DNA of 63,717 nucleotides, the filler included, from Pelomyxa schiedti (lineage: Eukaryota > Protista > Evosea): NCBI GenBank assembly GCA_020536535.1. It is 10 parts of 10 records of this genome, joined end to end, with 100 filler letters (N's around TTAATTAATTAA, not from the genome) between each part and the next. Parts side by side here need not be neighbours in the genome. Positions count along the whole stretch, not along the records: positions 49,137 to 55,748 come from JAHLWZ010001407.1; positions 55,849 to 58,261 come from JAHLWZ010002001.1; positions 58,362 to 62,221 come from JAHLWZ010001669.1; 7 more parts are not named here. One strand, written 5' to 3'. Of this stretch, positions 50,643 through 62,321 are shown piece by piece; position 1 is the stretch's first letter, and every line of letters begins with the position of its first letter. The translations under genes and the position numbers were made by a program. The notes under the pieces were generated by a model. That model did not search any database, had not been told where the DNA came from, and saw only the letters and a program-made list of their open reading frames with translations.

Positions 50643-50918
50643 AATAGACACACCCCAACTTTGACCGGATCCAAAATTGTATCCGTTTTGCTTTTCCTCT
50701 TGCCGAAAAATCCATAAAAGTAAACGCCGGAGGCTTTTTCCACTCCTTTTTCCCCCACCGTTTCAACAACGGCGGGTTTTTTGGGGGCCCCACAAGCCCC
50801 CAATTCTCGGCAGTTGTTTTTCTGCAGGCTTTTTAAACCCCAGCGCCACTCAAGTACAACAAAAAAAAAGTAAAGTCGTGTGCAACAAGCAAAACAACAA
50901 CAACAAAAAAAAAAACCC

Positions 50919-51952
50919 ATGAAGGCAGTACTTGTTCTTCTCTTTGTTGCCGTTGCATCGGCTTCACTTGCAGAGTTCCGCCAATGGGCCGTGGAGCACG
51001 GAAAGAGCTACGCACCACTCCAGGAGCAGCTCCGCTACAGAATATGGTCCAAGAACATGAAGGAGTTCGCCAAGTTCAACGCTGAGGGACACTCATGGAC
51101 CGTTGGCCCCAACAAGTTCACCGACCTCACCCCTGAGGAGTTCGAAGTATGAATTAATTTCGTGATGTACTATTGCCTAACTTATGATTTTTCTAGTCCC
51201 AATACCTTATGAGGCCACAACTCCACCCCAACGTCACCGTCGTTAGCGTACCAACGGCAGCTGCTGATGTTGACTGGACAAGCAAGTGCACAGGAGTAAA
51301 GGATCAGGGCCAATGCGGATCGTGCTGGACATTCGGCTCCATCGGTGCCATTGAAGCATGCCGAAATATCCTCGGCGATGGCCAGCTCATCTCCCTCTCT
51401 GAGCAAGACCTTGTTGACTGCTGCACCTGCGCCTTGTGCAATGGATGCAGTGGTGGCTCAATCACCGGTGCCTACAAGTGCGCCGAGTCTGGTCTCCCAA
51501 CTGAGGCCGCTTACCCATACACTGCCGTAGATACCAAGAGCTGCGTTAAGGGACAGACCATGGTCACCAAGATTACTTCCTACGTCTCTATCACTTCGGG
51601 TTCAGTGAGCGGGCTCCAAACTGCCCTTGAGACCCAGCCAATTGCTGTTGCTATTGATGCCCGCTTGCTCTCGTATGCACTTTTTGCTTTCCTGCTTTCC
51701 CGGTGTTTCCTAACGCTTCCTCCTCCCAGATCTTACAAGAGCGGAATCTGGTGCCCATCTGCCTGCTCCACCTCGTCCCTTGACCATGCCGTCCTTCTTA
51801 TTGGCCTCAACAATGCTCAGTCATACTACAAGATCAAGAACAGCTGGGGAACATCATGGGGAGAGTCAGGCTACTTCCGCATGTGCATTGGTGATAACCA
51901 GTGTGGTATTGCCACCAGTGCTGCCTACCCCAAGGGATGCGCGAAGTACTAG
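50919..51952 (+). CDS. Papain-family (C1A) cysteine protease with signal peptide and I29 prodomain
   Basis: MKAVLVLLFVAVASA, NKFTDLTPEEF, KDQGQCGSCW (catalytic Cys), LSEQDLVDC, LDHAV (His), KNSWG (Asn). Confidence 0.95.
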
Positions 51953-52212
51953 TGACTCGAGTTTAAATTTTTTTAGCAACAAAAAACCTGTTTTCTTCAA
52001 GTGTCTGAGACCCGCTGGAAAACCTGTGGTTTTGTTTTTGCTAGTCTACTAAAGACAAAAAGAAGTCACTCTTAAGGCTTTCCATACACTTCCGAAATTT
52101 TTAAACCGTCACGTATGCCCAGATAAGAAGACATAAACCATAATTCTGTTGAAAGAGAATTAATTCAAAGTAAATGTCTTCTGCCAAAATGTGCCGAGGA
52201 AAATTGAGAAGG

Positions 52213-53920
52213 TCAAATTGAGAGTAGCACGGCGCTTATCCAGTTCGCAAAGTCGACCAATGAGTGTGTGTAGCCAAAATCACGCAAGCGGGTATACCTC
52301 TGAACCACATCAAACTGAAGTAGTAGGTGCAACTTCCTCAGATCACAGGGGCATAAGTTCAGTGGCTGTGCATAGTCCTCAGCGAGGTGCCCAGACCCGT
52401 TCATCAAACACTGGCGATACACACAGTGCCCAATGCCAAAGAGATGCCCAATCTCGTGTGCCATCAGCTTGCAGCATCTCTCCAATAGCAGTCTCCCTAT
52501 TTTGGGTTTTGTCTTGGATTTAGGAGGAATAGGGAAACCATACTTGCTAGTTGGATGTCACATGGGAATGGCTCCGTTGGGGAAACCATGGCCCTGTGGG
52601 CAAACAGAGGGTCATATCTGGCAAATGAGAAAATTGCTTGACCGCTGCCACCGTGGGCCATTCCAGCCACAAAGGAATCCGTTCTTCCGTCATAAAGGTC
52701 TTCCATAGTCACTCCAACAACACATAGCTACGTATATTTCAGAAGTTGATTAGACGATTGGAGGTGCGGATGGTTCAGTAGTACGGTACTAAATTGAAGT
52801 GTTTATGTTTTGTTGAGTACTATTCATACCGCTTCAGGTGGTGTAATCCGGTGCAAAACAGAGAGAATTGGATCCACTGCTAATTGCCTATGTGTTTTTT
52901 TCATCTTGTGCCGGTCATAGGGGTGTGCTACTCTATGAGTCAGGGTGTAATGCCCACAGTGAATAGATGGGTAACTTCCCGTAGCTGGGTTATGTACATA
53001 GTTAGCTATGTAACACTCAATGAGAATCACTTACGAACTTTTAGGTACAGACTCTTTCTTTCGTTGACAACTGAAAGTGGGGGCAAAAACTCAAAGTTGA
53101 GCGGCATAAAAAATATCCTTGCAAACTCCAGGATATAATTATAATTCACCTCCGAGCTTCTGTACGATTTTCCAGAAGAGGTTATCAGAGAGTAAAAAGG
53201 TGTGAATCCCTACCCAAAAAGACATGGTGACCCTATGACCACAATATAGGCCTTGGTTTTTCCTTCCCGTATCATCCTCAATGCTCTGTGATGTGAGTTG
53301 ATGTATTTTTGAACACTCTGGGGGTGTTCAGGATATTGTGCCAACCAGTCATCTTGATGAGTTGGCTTTGGTAATGGAGGAAAGAATGGAATTTGAAGTG
53401 CTGAAGCTGTAGATGCAGTTGTGTGATCAGCACTAGTATTGGTGGACACTTGCAACCGGCACAAATTTGGGTCAAACCATTTGGAAAGTGGCCCTTCCTC
53501 ATCAGGTGATGTTAGAATAGCATCAAGTACTTCTTGCTCAGTTGGAAGCTTGAACCGTGGGTGAAAGCCCACTTTCTTTTTAGTGACGCGGCTTTTTTTG
53601 CGTGAGGGTTGGCCATAGTCAGAGTCTGAGGGATGACTGCCCACAGAATCATAACTGCTTTCACTTTCTCTGTCATCACGGCCACTTTCCACATTGCCAT
53701 CATCTTCATCACTATCGCTGTCACTCTCACTATCGTAACTGTCACTGTTACTCTCACTGTCAGAGCTGGATTTCAAACATTCAGTCGTGGATGGGTGTTT
53801 CAAATCGTAATCTTGTAGACGACGGATTAAAACTGCCTTCAAGCCACTAACAGGTAGTCCTCTTCGGTGTAAAATAGCGCGAAGTTTAACTACTGTCATG
53901 TTATTGTATCTTCTACTCAC
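52213..53920 (-). CDS. SAP-domain archaemetzincin (peptidase M54) fusion
   Basis: One ORF (53210-53920) holds the SAP motif and the AMZ-type PKP...DDWLAQYPE. Later exons give VGVTMEDLY, IFSFARY, HEIGHLFGIGHC, CLMNGS and LCPCDLRKL. Confidence 0.85.
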
Positions 53921-54065
53921 AGATGTGCCCTTGATTTATACATAAAGATGTTGACACTAAGCTCTAAGAAGGATATGTACTTGTGAGCACTGCTGGAGAT
54001 AGGGAACACTTAACGTTGTTTCACATACAGTAGCTGCAGAAGTGGACATAATTCCTAGGTTTCTG

Positions 54066-55206
54066 TTACAGAAGTGGAGATAGAATAACACTGGTGCATA
54101 AGATAGATAATTTACCATTTATCACCTTGTAAGATGCGGTCTTACTTTGAAGGTCAACAGGTAATTTGTGAAGAGTGTCGCCAATGTATATGCTTATCTC
54201 TTTACAAACTGTTGTTGTGATAGTATATGGACCATGTGGTGGGTGTAACCTAAAAGAAATTTGCGCAGAGTCCTACAATATATGGGCATGGAAAATAATA
54301 ACTGGAAGCAAGAAAAAACCTCCAACTCAATTCTTAAGGTGTTGGTCAAAATTGTGAACTTTGTATTTGAGCATCCTTGAACGAGGAGCTTTCCACTTGC
54401 AATGTGTGTGTCAATAGAGACTGTACAGTTTTCACAGCACACGACCGAAATGTTTTCGAGACATCCAGTTGCCACGGATATAATACTGTGGTTGCACTTA
54501 CTAATAAGAAGTGAATCCGGAAGCCTTATGGAAAGTTTTCAGCGTTCAGAAAATGTTTGGACAAGCCATACTGGCAATCAGCTATTGTAAGGTCTTTGTC
54601 ACTTACTTGGATCACCTGAGTGTGAGTTGGTTGCTCTTCACTTGGGGCATTTGTGCACACATTCAGGCCAATTGCCTCGTCTCTCACGAAATGCAAGCTC
54701 TAACATGGTTAAGCCACACACAAAGGGAATGTCACATGAATATGATGGTATTATATTGAGTGAAAAGGTCTGGCTATCGATACCTTGTTTTCAATGTAAG
54801 CTTCACACAAATAACACCAGAATGACATGTCAGACAATGACAGTGCGATTGGATGCGCAGAATCCGCGTGGTGTTTCTCAGCATGACCTTGCACATACCT
54901 ACTGCAGTTCCTCGCATTACATGTAACACACAGCCAATTCTCCCTCGTTTCTCCACATTGTGAGCACCCACCTTCATCCAAAACGTTGTTTGTAAGTTGT
55001 GACTACACAACAAAAGTATATGCCCTCACCCAGATAGTACCGCTCCTCAAAAGCGATACTGTGTGTTGCATTCTAAAATACACACCTTTTACAGCAACAT
55101 TTGGTTTTTGTGAAGCAGATTTCGTTAATGCACCGGCCACGTGGGGGCACTTTTCATTTACTACGACGGCAAATCCACAGGGCGACACCGACGACCGCGA
55201 CGCCAT
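54066..55206 (-). CDS. ZnF-UBP (HDAC6-type) plus C-CAP/CARP beta-helix protein
   Basis: CPH...CSQC...NWLCVTCNARNCSRYVQGHAEKH...ALSLSDMSFWCYLC, then xLxIxxC repeats ending HKLP...YKVINGKL like the CAP C-terminus. Confidence 0.7.
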
Positions 55207-55306
55207 TAAACAAATCGCGTTTGGCGAAAATGAACGCGATCGATCAAAAAAAAAAACGACTAGAAACCAAGAGAAAGAACACTATTCAAAATCTTTCGTG
55301 GTTCCT

Positions 55307-55700
55307 TCAGGTGCTTTTCTTTTTAGCAGTTCGTCTTCTCTTGTTGGTGTTCGTGGTTGGGTTCTTTGTTGACTTCACTATGGGTTTGTTTGCATCTCGC
55401 TTTCTGTGTGGTGCAGTTGTTTCTGTCTCTGTTAGTGTTGATGTTTGTGCTTGTGAGGGGGGTGTGCTGTCTGATTTGAGTGGTGCCTCACTTTTGGTGG
55501 TTGTTGTGGTAGCGGTCGAGGTTGTGGTTGTGGTTGCAGGTGCGGTTGATGGTTCAGTTTCTTTTTCACTCTCTTGTCCCTCGATTTCTACTTCACTCCG
55601 GGTGAACTCGGGAAGTGGTAGGGGGGCCTTTTTGAGCTTCTTCTCAATAAATCGTTTGGCCTCTGTAATAGCAAATTCAGATGTAGCCAATTCCTACAAA
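55307..55700 (-). CDS. Last exon of a hypothetical protein (5' part beyond the contig end)
   Basis: Acceptor TTTGTAG, then an open frame with a Thr-rich linker and a basic C-terminus. Confidence 0.5.
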
Positions 55701-55748
55701 TGTTAATTTTCTTTGGTTTTTTGAATGCCCATACAAGTTTGGATTGCT

Positions 55749-55848
55749 NNNNNNNNNNNNNNNNNNNNNNNNNNNNNNNNNNNNNNNNNNNNTTAATTAA
55801 TTAANNNNNNNNNNNNNNNNNNNNNNNNNNNNNNNNNNNNNNNNNNNN
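55749..55848. other. Artificial contig spacer
   Basis: N44-TTAATTAATTAA-N44. Confidence 0.99.
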
Positions 55849-56069
55849 AATCCGACTTTGACGACCCCGACGACGTGGAGCTGCCGTACCCGTCGAGCAC
55901 TCTGGAGATCACTGACCGCGACCTGGCCAACATCCCCACCGTGTCGCAGCTGCTGTGGTCCGAGGGCAATGCCCCTGTTGACGACGTGGGGTTCTGGTCC
56001 AGGGCCCCAACAGCCCAACTCCTGACAACGACTCTCACCCACCTCTCAAATGCTGCTGGCAAGTCCTAA
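55849..56069 (+). CDS. 3' fragment of a hypothetical protein
   Basis: Open frame from the contig start to TAA at 56069. Confidence 0.4.
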
Positions 56070-56178
56070 CACTCTCTCATCACTGTTGTTGTTTCCAAGA
56101 ATTGATCGCAAATAAAATAATCAACAGACCATCGTCGCTCAGTATCGGCCGGTCTGGTGTTTTTTTTTATTCCGCCAA

Positions 56179-58095
56179 ATGGGTAACAAGCCCGCCAAAG
56201 AGAAATCACCGTACTTATTACCGCACATACCTTATGTGCACGACGGCGACCGGTGCTGCATCTGCTTCACGCCCGACGTGGCCCCGTACGCCCTCGCCGT
56301 AGAATTCCGGCTCCGCACCTGCGGCGTCAAGTCACTGACACGCCTCGTGATTCAGGGAGACGGGAGTGGTTCGGAGGCTGACCACGAGGACGACTTTGAC
56401 TTCGCCGTTGCGGTTGCGGAATGTTTACCCAAAGACGAGAGGGTTTACAGCTTGGCCAAATCCACAGTTGCCAGCAAGTTGGCGGCAACAAGGCAACTGC
56501 CAGCCCCATCGCGACCACCACTTCCACTTGTTGTGCTTTGGTGCAATTGTTTTGAGAATGTTGAAGCTGATGTGCCGTCTCTTTTTTTTCCTTATGTTAG
56601 CAGGCTGGACGACCAAATGGCTCTGGTTCCTCTCCAGCACTTAAAAGGATTAAAAGGACTCACTAGTGCAGGAGGACCTGCACTAAATTCTCCCTGGATC
56701 TTTCCTCTCAGTTTGCCAAATGGCCAAAGCAGTTTCGGATGTGCAGCATCTTTTGTCTCTTTTTTTGCTCTTTCACTCAGCAGTCTGGGATGTGAAGACG
56801 TGCACTACTTCACACCAACACACTCGAATGAAACTGGCAGCTATCTGCCTCTGTTCACTGACATGCTTGGTCACCATGGTGTGCCAGTATCAAGGGATTC
56901 TGTAGACCTGGACTCCCTTGACTTGGGCTGGCTCAAGGTACTGCACAAAGAAAAAATGCTTGTAGAGGACACTCTTTTCCCATACGCACCTGTCCACAAT
57001 TTGTTCCTTGACATTACTGAGGCATTTTATTATTCTCTTGCCCTGGCCCTCATCCAAGATGGAATGCATCCCAAAGAAACTGAGAGAGAGATAGAGCAAG
57101 CAAATGAGACAGAAAAAGTGAGAATTGCCCCTCAGTGTTCACAAAAGCAAGCAACACCCTTAGCTGCATTGGACCAACAACAACAATTCCAGATTCAAAG
57201 AGAGACACTGTGGGAACGTCAGCGAAGAAAACAAATGAGAGAGTCAGAGATAGCAAGATCAAGTGAGACATACATAGTTAATGGCTTTCCTGTTGCAACT
57301 CCTGATCCACATTTGCTGTTTGAAGGGCCATCCCCCCTCCCACAAACATCAGACAGATTGCAGCTTCAAATGACAACTGTGGATCAAGTGTGCTGTTGGC
57401 TTAGATCTCTTGGTGCAACAACTGAGTGCCTCCAAATTATAAAAAAACATAAACTGGATCATGGTACACTTGTCAAGTTCTCCCAGGAACAGCTATGCGA
57501 AATTGGTCTTAAGACTGCTGATTCCGAACTTATTGTGGAGGGACTACTTACAGAAATGTTATCCTGTGAGGTTGAAGTGCCCAGCCCTCATGTAAATTCT
57601 CTGCCAAAAAATGTCCCTGTATTATCGACAGAGTTACAGTACAAGTGCTTTGCATTTATAGTTGACAACGAATTTTATAAGACCCCAATGGAGCCACCTA
57701 CGACCACAACCCCATCACGCAGTTTATGCCAGTTCTTGACAAGGTGTGCCTTCAAAGTGTTTGAGAATGAAGACATTCGGACACCCACAAACTGGGCCAT
57801 ATGTTTGGAATATTTCAAGAGAATTCTGAGGACAGCAAGGGAAGCAGGTGATAAGGTTGCTACTCTATTGTCCTATACTGGCCATGGAGTGCAGTGGCAA
57901 GGAGAACATTTCTTCCTCATGACTGAAGAAGACCCTTGGTTCGCAGAGACCGGCCTGGGAAGAACAAGGCTTGGGGCTGTTCTAGATCAAATAACCGAAC
58001 TGAGTGACCTGACAATTTGCCTACTGGACTCTTTTTTTCAGCTCCCCCAGTTTGCAGTAAGCCCAATACACTCTCATCCGTCGATGCAGGCATGA
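56179..58095 (+). CDS. SAM-domain plus caspase-like (C14) domain protein, catalytic Cys apparently absent
   Basis: 638-aa ORF with MGNKPAK start, TVDQVCCWLRSLG...LCEIGL (SAM), FAFIVDNEFY, SYTGHG and LLDSFF. A final exon to ~58260 is possible. Confidence 0.75.
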   Translation: MGNKPAKEKSPYLLPHIPYVHDGDRCCICFTPDVAPYALAVEFRLRTCGVKSLTRLVIQGDGSGSEADHEDDFDFAVAVAECLPKDERVYSLAKSTVASKLAATRQLPAPSRPPLPLVVLWCNCFENVEADVPSLFFPYVSRLDDQMALVPLQHLKGLKGLTSAGGPALNSPWIFPLSLPNGQSSFGCAASFVSFFALSLSSLGCEDVHYFTPTHSNETGSYLPLFTDMLGHHGVPVSRDSVDLDSLDLGWLKVLHKEKMLVEDTLFPYAPVHNLFLDITEAFYYSLALALIQDGMHPKETEREIEQANETEKVRIAPQCSQKQATPLAALDQQQQFQIQRETLWERQRRKQMRESEIARSSETYIVNGFPVATPDPHLLFEGPSPLPQTSDRLQLQMTTVDQVCCWLRSLGATTECLQIIKKHKLDHGTLVKFSQEQLCEIGLKTADSELIVEGLLTEMLSCEVEVPSPHVNSLPKNVPVLSTELQYKCFAFIVDNEFYKTPMEPPTTTTPSRSLCQFLTRCAFKVFENEDIRTPTNWAICLEYFKRILRTAREAGDKVATLLSYTGHGVQWQGEHFFLMTEEDPWFAETGLGRTRLGAVLDQITELSDLTICLLDSFFQLPQFAVSPIHSHPSMQA

Positions 58096-58261
58096 AATTG
58101 GACACTTTTCACAAACTGCGTGCTCTTATTATTTCAGGATGACTGGGAGGTGGTGAGGGCGGCTGTGACGTGCTGCGTTGGCGGTCGCGATACGGGTTCG
58201 CCTTTGTTGCCGACGGGGTCGCCGGTAGTGGCTGCTTGCTGTGATGCTGAGGTTAGGTAGG

Positions 58262-58361
58262 NNNNNNNNNNNNNNNNNNNNNNNNNNNNNNNNNNNNNNN
58301 NNNNNTTAATTAATTAANNNNNNNNNNNNNNNNNNNNNNNNNNNNNNNNNNNNNNNNNNNN
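58262..58361. other. Artificial contig spacer
   Basis: N44-TTAATTAATTAA-N44. Confidence 0.99.
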
Positions 58362-59278
58362 AAACACCACATCAACAAATCCTCAAGTGTCGAGGTGTCC
58401 AGCCTTTCCTGCAAATCAAACTCATCAAACAACCACTTGACCACTTTGCTTTTCCCGTTCCACAGAGGAACCCACAGAGATTTGCACAGAAACCAAGGGG
58501 CATCCTCCCACCCAATCCCAAGAACAGAGAGCAGCCACTTGGCCAGCTCCACGTTTTCAGACTCACACACGTTCCCGAGAATCGAGTGCTTTGACTCGCA
58601 CGATGCCCTCACATACTCAATCACCTTCCTCCTAAGCTCCCCACCGCCGCCGCAATCAGTGACATCATCGACATAGCCATCAGCTGCCACCCACCTCGTG
58701 GCCACGCGCCGGCCATCCCACAGCATCGGCAGCGTGCCTCTGCTGCTGTCCCCATCGTAATCACCCCCCATCAGCGAGCGAGCGGCCTGCACGTGGCCCC
58801 CCATGCACAGCCCCGAGAGCGTAGCCGCCACCTCCTTCACTGCCAGATTCTGCCTGCGAATTTGGTCTTGCTGGTTCCAACGCACCTGACTCGCAGTGAT
58901 GGTGGCGGCGGCGGCGGTGGTTGTTGTTGGTTGTTCCCTGTGGTTGGAGATCCACGCGATGCAAGAGGGGGCGGGGGCCCGTGCCGCGAGCGTGATGACG
59001 CCGTACTTGGACCCTGGGTCGTTGCCCTTGAGCGTGCGCGGGAGCGCGAGGACCCTGCGGCAGGCGAGGGCCACGAGGGGGAACATCGCCTCGGCCACCG
59101 AGAACACGTCGACTTCGCCGCAGCACCAATAGCTGTTGGCGAGCGAGTCGAGCCAGCCGGGGGCCACGACCATGTCCCACACAACTCGCGAGAGGGCCAC
59201 CACGCGATCGCGCGCCACACAACGTTGGTGGTCGAGGTAGTAAGATACTCGCTGCGTTGTTGTGCCTGCTGATGACAT
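58362..59278 (-). CDS. Expanded-family ankyrin-like protein, third tandem copy (3'-truncated)
   Basis: RVVALSRVVWDMVVAPGWL, DVFSVAEAMFPLVALACRRVL and LPMLWDG shared with 59336-61667. Confidence 0.8.
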
Positions 59279-59335
59279 CGAATCGTTTTTTTTTTTTTTT
59301 GGCGAAAGAGAAGAGATGGAAAAGTTCCATGTTAG

Positions 59336-61667
59336 TCACAAAAGGCTGTGCAGCCAAAGCTTTGTCTGTTCTGGCATTGAGTCAGGGTCAGTGTAAAGTG
59401 CACGTATCTCGTCGATGGTGATTCCAAACCTGTGCATCATGAACATTGCAATGTGCGGTGATGTAACGATGTTGGGCAAGAATGATTGAATGAGGGTGGT
59501 GTCGATGGCGTTGCCGTAGTGCCTCAGTATCTTCTGCCACCCTGCCAGGTCTATCTGTGTGCTTGAGTGCTCGGTGAGCCTGCGAACAACCTGTTTTTTT
59601 GGTGTTATTTCGGCTGTGTAAACTCTGGGGGAATCATACATCATCGAGGGGGATGTCAAATGTCTCAAGAAGCCACTGTGCACATCGGTTCTTGCCATCA
59701 GAGAGAAGCTTGAACAAGAGGGCATTGTCATCACCGTTGATGTGGGAGTACTGGAGGTGGAACTTTCGAATCACCCACTTCACAATTTTGCTGCTGGGGT
59801 GCTCGTAAGGGATGTCTGTGGTCAAGCAGTGGCCCACGAACTCTGGTGTCAACACCAACGAGGAATACACACCAACAGACTGAATGACGCGCTGAAGAGC
59901 TCGAAGGTCATTCCTCATCAGCCCAACAAGAATTGGCTTAAATTGAATGGGGTTTCTCTGGGGCTGATACTGGCTGAAGGTGTCAAGCAGGAATACAACA
60001 GCATCTGACCACTGGTTACTTATTAAATGTGAAATGGCATCCCCGACGGAGCTCTCTTTCAAACTCAAAGGTTGTGGGAGGTGCTGTACAAACCACTTCA
60101 ATCCCGCAAGTGATGGAATATAACCAGAGAGCAACTCAGTCAGTGTGTTTTCAGGACAACCTGGTTTGGAATTGATGTAATCCATCACATGGAAGGTGAC
60201 ATCCAACCACTCTGCAACTTCAATGTTGCTTTTCAGCAGTGCATTGATCAGGCCTTTGGTGATATCACTTGGTGTGAGTGTCACCCTCGTTGAAAGTAAT
60301 TTGGAAAGGTGACATCCAAGTGATGAAGAAGAAGAACAAGCCAATACAAATGATTCAGGAGTCGGTGTAAATTTCTTCTCAGTCATCAACCACTGAGCAA
60401 ACTCCACGTTTCCAAGGTTTCCACAGAGATAGCTCAAAGTCTCCTGACTTGGACTGAGAGACAAAGTTGTCAGAACCCACTTGGCAACATCTGGATTGTG
60501 TATATCTTTCAGGAGGTAGTCGTCGACACCAACACTTTGAATATCAGCTTCAAAAAAGTGGCAATCTTCCACGGATGCATGCTCGTTCCTGAGCAGTAAC
60601 TCTATGGTTTTCTCCTGTGCGGGTAAAGGAAATTTCTTCTCAATGAACCACCTTGAATCTCCAGGGGAATTGCCTCTCAAACACCACTCAGTCAATTCCT
60701 TGAGGATTGAGGGGCCCAGACTTGCCTCCAAGTGAAACTCATCGAGCAACCACTTTACAACTTTGCTTTTCCCTCGATTAACAGGAGGCCACAGGGAATT
60801 GCACCGAATCCAAGGAACATCCTTCCTTCCAATCCCAATAACAGAGAAAAACCACCTGGCCAGCTCCACGTCGTCAGACTCACACACGTAGTCGATAATC
60901 GGGTACTTTGACCCACACGACGCCCTCACATACTCAATCACCCTCCTCCTAAGCTCCCCACCACCACCGCCTCCTCCTCCTCCTCCCACAAGTCTGCTTC
61001 CACCCTCCACGCAATCCCCGACATCACCACAACCACCATCATCGGCGGCCTTCCACGTCGTGGCCACACACCGACCATCCCACAGCATCGGCAGCGTGCC
61101 TGTGCTTCTGTGTGCGCCGCCGTCGTCATCACGACCACCACACCCTTCGCAGTCGTCGCGGGCCCCCAGCAGCGATCGCGCCTCCTGCACGTGGCACCCC
61201 ACGCACAACCCAGCCAACGTCGCGGCCACCTCCTTCACTGCAATCGCGATCGTGCTATTTTGCCGCCTTGTGTTTGTTGTTGGTTGTTCCCTGTGGTTGG
61301 AGATCCACGCGATGCACGAGGGGGCGGGGGCCCGGGCCGCGAGCGTGATGACGCCGTACGTGGACCCTGGGTCGTTGCCCTTGCGCGTGCGGGGGACTTC
61401 GAGGACCCTGCGGCAGGCGAGGGCCACGAGGGGGAACATCGCCTCGGCCACCGAGAACACGTCGACGTGGAGCCGCTCGTTGGTAGCGGTGGAGGGGTCG
61501 GTGGGCGGTGCTTCGTCGAGCCAGCCGGGGGCCACGACCATGTCCCACACAACTCGCGAGAGGGCCACCACGCGATCGCAGGCAACCCGACGTGGGCCGT
61601 CGTTGGTCACCGGGTGTGCTGTTGTTGCCATCAGCCACTTCGTTACGAGAAGCAACCGGTCGAACAT
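59336..61667 (-). CDS. Expanded-family ankyrin-like protein, complete second tandem copy (one 3' intron)
   Basis: 677-aa first exon, intron GTATGA...AAACAG, last exon VVRRL...HRFGITIDEI...LWLHSLL*. Confidence 0.82.
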
Positions 61668-61907
61668 TCTCTCAGGTCTCCTTCCTCACACAGTAGCACT
61701 GACCACCATCACTCCAAGTGCAGGTACTTGCCTGCAACAACAACAACACCACCATCGGCGGCCTTCCACGGCCCACAGCATCGGCAACGATGCGAAAAGA
61801 AAGGTGTTGGGCCGGTTGATTGTACTGACCAGCACGAATCAATCCAAAAAACCTCACTTCCTGAAATGTTGCACCCGGTTTTTTTGTGTGTGCTTGTGTT
61901 GTGATTT

Positions 61908-62160
61908 TCATAACCAGATCTTTGCTTCTGCCAATGAGAGACACATTGAGGGGTGCTCGCGCACCTCACGTATCTCGTCGATGGTGATTCCAAACCTGTG
62001 CATCATGAACATTGTCACGTGTGGTGAGAGTGCAATTCCAGGCAGGAAGGTTCGAATGAGTGAGGCGTCGAAGGCAGCATCACCATAGTGCCTCAGAATC
62101 ATCTTCCACCCTGCAAGGTCAACGTCTGGTCCAGGCTCCCCGGCAAGCCCGTCAACAACC
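61908..62160 (-). CDS. Last exon of the first tandem copy of the same family
   Basis: DLAGWKMILRHYG...MFMMHRFGITIDEI is paralogous to the last exon at 59336-59590. Confidence 0.75.
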
Positions 62161-62221
62161 TGTTTTCGGTGAAATTAATGTTTCATCACAGGAGTCTGTT
62201 GTGGGGGGGGGGGGGGGGGGG

Positions 62222-62321
62222 NNNNNNNNNNNNNNNNNNNNNNNNNNNNNNNNNNNNNNNNNNNNTTAATTAATTAANNNNNNNNNNNNNNNNNNNNNNN
62301 NNNNNNNNNNNNNNNNNNNNN
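62222..62321. other. Artificial contig spacer
   Basis: N44-TTAATTAATTAA-N44. Confidence 0.99.
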
